From: Oopsacas minuta
Lineage: Eukaryota; Animalia; Porifera
Length of the DNA: 64,000 nt
Assembly: GCA_024704765.1 (NCBI GenBank)
Contig: JAKMXF010000011.1
Location: forward strand, 479,557 to 543,556
Reading direction: 5' to 3'
Shown: piece after piece, positions 61,267 through 64,000 of the stretch
Layout: every line of letters begins with the position of its first letter
Numbering within the stretch: position 1 is the first letter of the stretch
The notes under the pieces: generated by a model
Database searches by the model: none
The model's input: the letters and a program-made list of their open reading frames with translations, nothing else
What the model was told of the DNA's origin: nothing
Made by a program: the position numbers and the translations under genes

Positions 61267-61926
61267 TCTATCTATCGTATTAATACGCAATCAATCTGTA
61301 ATTGTGTATAGATTTATATGTTTGTATGTCCAGAATTGATTGAAGAAACTGGAGGATCCCCAGGGCTGATTTTGGGCATACAGGGGTATTTTTGAGCCTG
61401 GCTCGGACAAGTTCGAGTCTTGGACGATAATTCCCACCTATGATGAAATTATTACATCATTGTCACCTTTTTAGAATTTCGAAAATCACATTATTAACCA
61501 CTGCTCACCAATATACATGATTGAAGTTTGAAATTTGAATCACAGGTACCCCTCAATGTGACAATTGTCCTGATGTCATGGTTTTGACCAAAAGCCAACT
61601 CATCATGGGATTATTATGTCACCCTTATTGTAAAAATATCAAAAATTTCATAATTTAATAATACCAGAGGTACGAAGTGCCGAGATTACTAACCAGAAGT
61701 GACATAGCATCTCCAGTGTCACAACAGAAGGTCCTTCAATTTAGTTTGGATGGACCATGAATAATAAAATATTTTAACAATCCTGTGAATTCGAGGCACA
61801 TAGTGCTGAGTATCTTCTGTCGCGTAGAGACCAATAACACTATAGAATTTAGCTGTTTAATTAATACTTAAGCTAACCTGGAGCACTAAGCTGTCGCACA
61901 GCGGCCTAGAAAGCGAAGCGGGCTAG
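61267..61926 (+). mobile_element. Non-autonomous Helitron (660 bp)
   Basis: A|TCTATC start, a GC-rich imperfect hairpin (GCTGTCGCACAGC...GCGAAGCGGG), a CTAG|T end, and no TSD. Partial copies occur at 35.4 and 48.6 kb. Confidence 0.7.
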
Positions 61927-63142
61927 TTTTTAATGAAATAACTGATCAGCTGTAAACGAGGTTAACTTTTTGATTAACTGTGCCCACCTTTGATCAGAAT
62001 TTATGTAATGTTTATATTCATAAGGAAATTCGATGGTGTTTATGAAGAAAAAGTAAATAAATACATGCTGTATTCCCTTGAATAGTAGCCCCTCGAATAC
62101 GCCCCCCTTGAACTACACTTGTACCATGTAGAGTTAGCTGAGATTAAGAAATTCTAACACACTTTACGCTCTGCTACTAGTACATGAAATACTAGAAAGC
62201 TGTAGCTATTACAACAGCTTTGTCATTGTTGTTCAACTCACTCGTGTCTCGAAAAGCTAATTATTACTTGATTGTAATTGGTGAAGGGTTAGTCATAAGG
62301 GTAGGCCGGAATTTGACCAACGTCGAAGTAGGAATGTGACCAACAAGGCACAAGTATGCTGTTAGGAATTTCACCCCAAAACATCAAGTAGGAATTTAAA
62401 TTACACTAATACTAAAATTTAGAAATACATATAACTCAAATTAAGTGACAGAGAGCGTTTAGTATGTTACCTCTTGATGTAGTGTTGGAATACAAGGAAC
62501 CATGGGTCACGATCATGGGCGGAGAACGATTTTGGACCAACAAATATTTTGGGAATATCCACATGTAGTTTGAAAATGTTTGGTAGCCTTAATAGCCATA
62601 ATTAAAATTTGGGGCTGATAAACATTTTGGGGAGCCAGGCCGCCCTAGGCCTCTCGAAACAACTCTCATGGTCACTATATTAACAACTGATTAAACATAA
62701 TTTGCAGGATAACAGCATATTACTCTATAATTCACATCTACTATCTATACGGTACCGACCATACTTGAACATTAGATTATGTGTACATCATGAAATATTT
62801 AGAGAATATTCTCAGCATAGATAATCATGATTGTTCTGTCATTATCTCGTATTAGTTTCATTATTGAAACTGAAGCGGGTGTCTCCGTAGCTTAGGTTAA
62901 AATTCCTTATTACCTAATACTGTAGCCGCTTTCTGAAATATCAATGTCGATATTTCATGCTTTTAGCTACTTTAAGCCACATAGCCATAGTGAAAGCACT
63001 TAGTGGCAATACCGAGACTAAATATTATGAATAAATAATGATAAAAGGTCACAAGGTATATATGTATGTATAAGCACCTATATGGCCCATAAGTATATGT
63101 TTTGGAGAAAAACAATTAGCTTCCATAATATCAGATCCGAAA

Positions 63143-64000
63143 ATGAAGGTATTATCGTTGGTACTGTTGCTACAGATAATATATGAAGGACATGCATTCT
63201 ATAGACTAGGAACAGTGGGTGTAGGTACAACTAGTGGTACAATCTACTTGATAGATGCTAACACATTATTCCTGAAGGGTTTCTCAGCGAATGAGGCTGT
63301 AGTATTCAGAGGAGGTTCAGGAGGTAATCAAGTTACTGCTACAACCAATAGTGCTCTCTCCAATGTAAACATGATGCTAGATGGGGATGATGACTGGTTG
63401 AATGTATCACCCATTGAGGTTCGTACAGCCAGTGGGGATCAGCTGATAACATCATTTGATGTACCAGGAAATATCCAAATTCCTTGTAGTGCTGAGTATC
63501 TGGGAAAATTTTCTAGAAACGGCGCGAGTACATATCATTCTTTAGCTGGTGATGTGTTTTACGATGCTTTGAATAGACGACTGTTCGTAGCAGGTCTCTA
63601 TCTAGACGGAAATGCTCCAGCAGCATACATGTGGTTGGATACAAATGCAATACCCACAGGATCTGGTGTTAGAGCAGGATATAATGGTAGATATGCGAGA
63701 GTAGATGATGTGAATAACCAGGACACAAATGTTACACTCCCAATAGGAGGTGTACACACAGGCTACAGATCTCTCTCGGTTTGGTGTGAAGCCGTCTCGC
63801 AATCATTTGGCCATATAAGCATACCTCAATCCTCTGATTCATTTGAATGCAGTACAACATACGGATTTGTAATGCTGGGTAATTCTCCTCCTACTCATGG
63901 TGTTTCTGCAAAGGTCTATGTGCTAGGACCGAATACGATAGGGCTAAAAAACTTGTATTTCGATGGGAGTGCCCCTGCTACATGGTATTGGGCTGGATCC
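63143..64000 (+). CDS. Second, inverted copy of the Knickkopf/Skeletor-like gene (5' part; runs off the window end)
   Basis: 63112-64000 is the reverse complement of 58958-58070, with no indels and no mismatch noticed. ATG at 63143. Confidence 0.9.
   Translation, partial: MKVLSLVLLLQIIYEGHAFYRLGTVGVGTTSGTIYLIDANTLFLKGFSANEAVVFRGGSGGNQVTATTNSALSNVNMMLDGDDDWLNVSPIEVRTASGDQLITSFDVPGNIQIPCSAEYLGKFSRNGASTYHSLAGDVFYDALNRRLFVAGLYLDGNAPAAYMWLDTNAIPTGSGVRAGYNGRYARVDDVNNQDTNVTLPIGGVHTGYRSLSVWCEAVSQSFGHISIPQSSDSFECSTTYGFVMLGNSPPTHGVSAKVYVLGPNTIGLKNLYFDGSAPATWYWAGS

Noticed and set aside
406-63802. Short antisense or overlapping ORFs (e.g. 406-702, 4235-4447, 5000-5224, 36375-36629, 43212-43583, 51740-52015, 57035-57259, 58268-58468, 63602-63802)
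   Set aside because: They are shadows of longer real genes or transposases on the other strand or frame, with no independent domain evidence.
1-64000. tRNA, rRNA, LTR retrotransposon or intact autonomous transposase
   Set aside because: No cloverleaf, rRNA-like conserved stretch, LTR pair or RT ORF was recognised, and all transposases seen are frameshifted or mutated. A tRNAscan/Infernal run would be needed to exclude small ncRNAs.

Overview
AT-rich eukaryotic (animal) genomic DNA with GT-AG introns and no prokaryotic operon, CRISPR, rRNA or tRNA signal. The gene mix (NHL, SRCR/C-type lectin/Ig receptor, many intronless genes) fits a compact sponge genome, possibly a glass sponge; this is inference. 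Genes: coiled-coil+NHL protein; UBA-UBX-LRR protein; divergent DP (TFDP)-like factor; a 26-exon, about 2,520-aa single-pass receptor (SRCR, 3 C-type lectin domains, Ig-like modules, FN3, TM) that I reconstructed exon by exon; a Mind bomb-like E3 without the MZM region; a nucleoplasmin-FKBP; a FEM1-like ankyrin protein; the 3' half of FANCJ/BRIP1; and a Knickkopf/Skeletor-like DM13-DOMON gene present twice in inverted, head-to-head orientation. DNA transposons are abundant: mariner, Tc1, Chapaev3-like, hAT and pogo-like MITEs, and Helitron-like repeats. The most striking structure is a 23.2-kb segment (8172-31339). It is bounded by about 565-bp inverted repeats with CATAG...CTATG termini and a 7-bp direct repeat (TCTCAAC) immediately outside both ends, which is the signature of a P-superfamily transposon. 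It encloses the entire intact receptor gene and the DP-like gene. All alignments and identities were judged by eye; no database searches were run.
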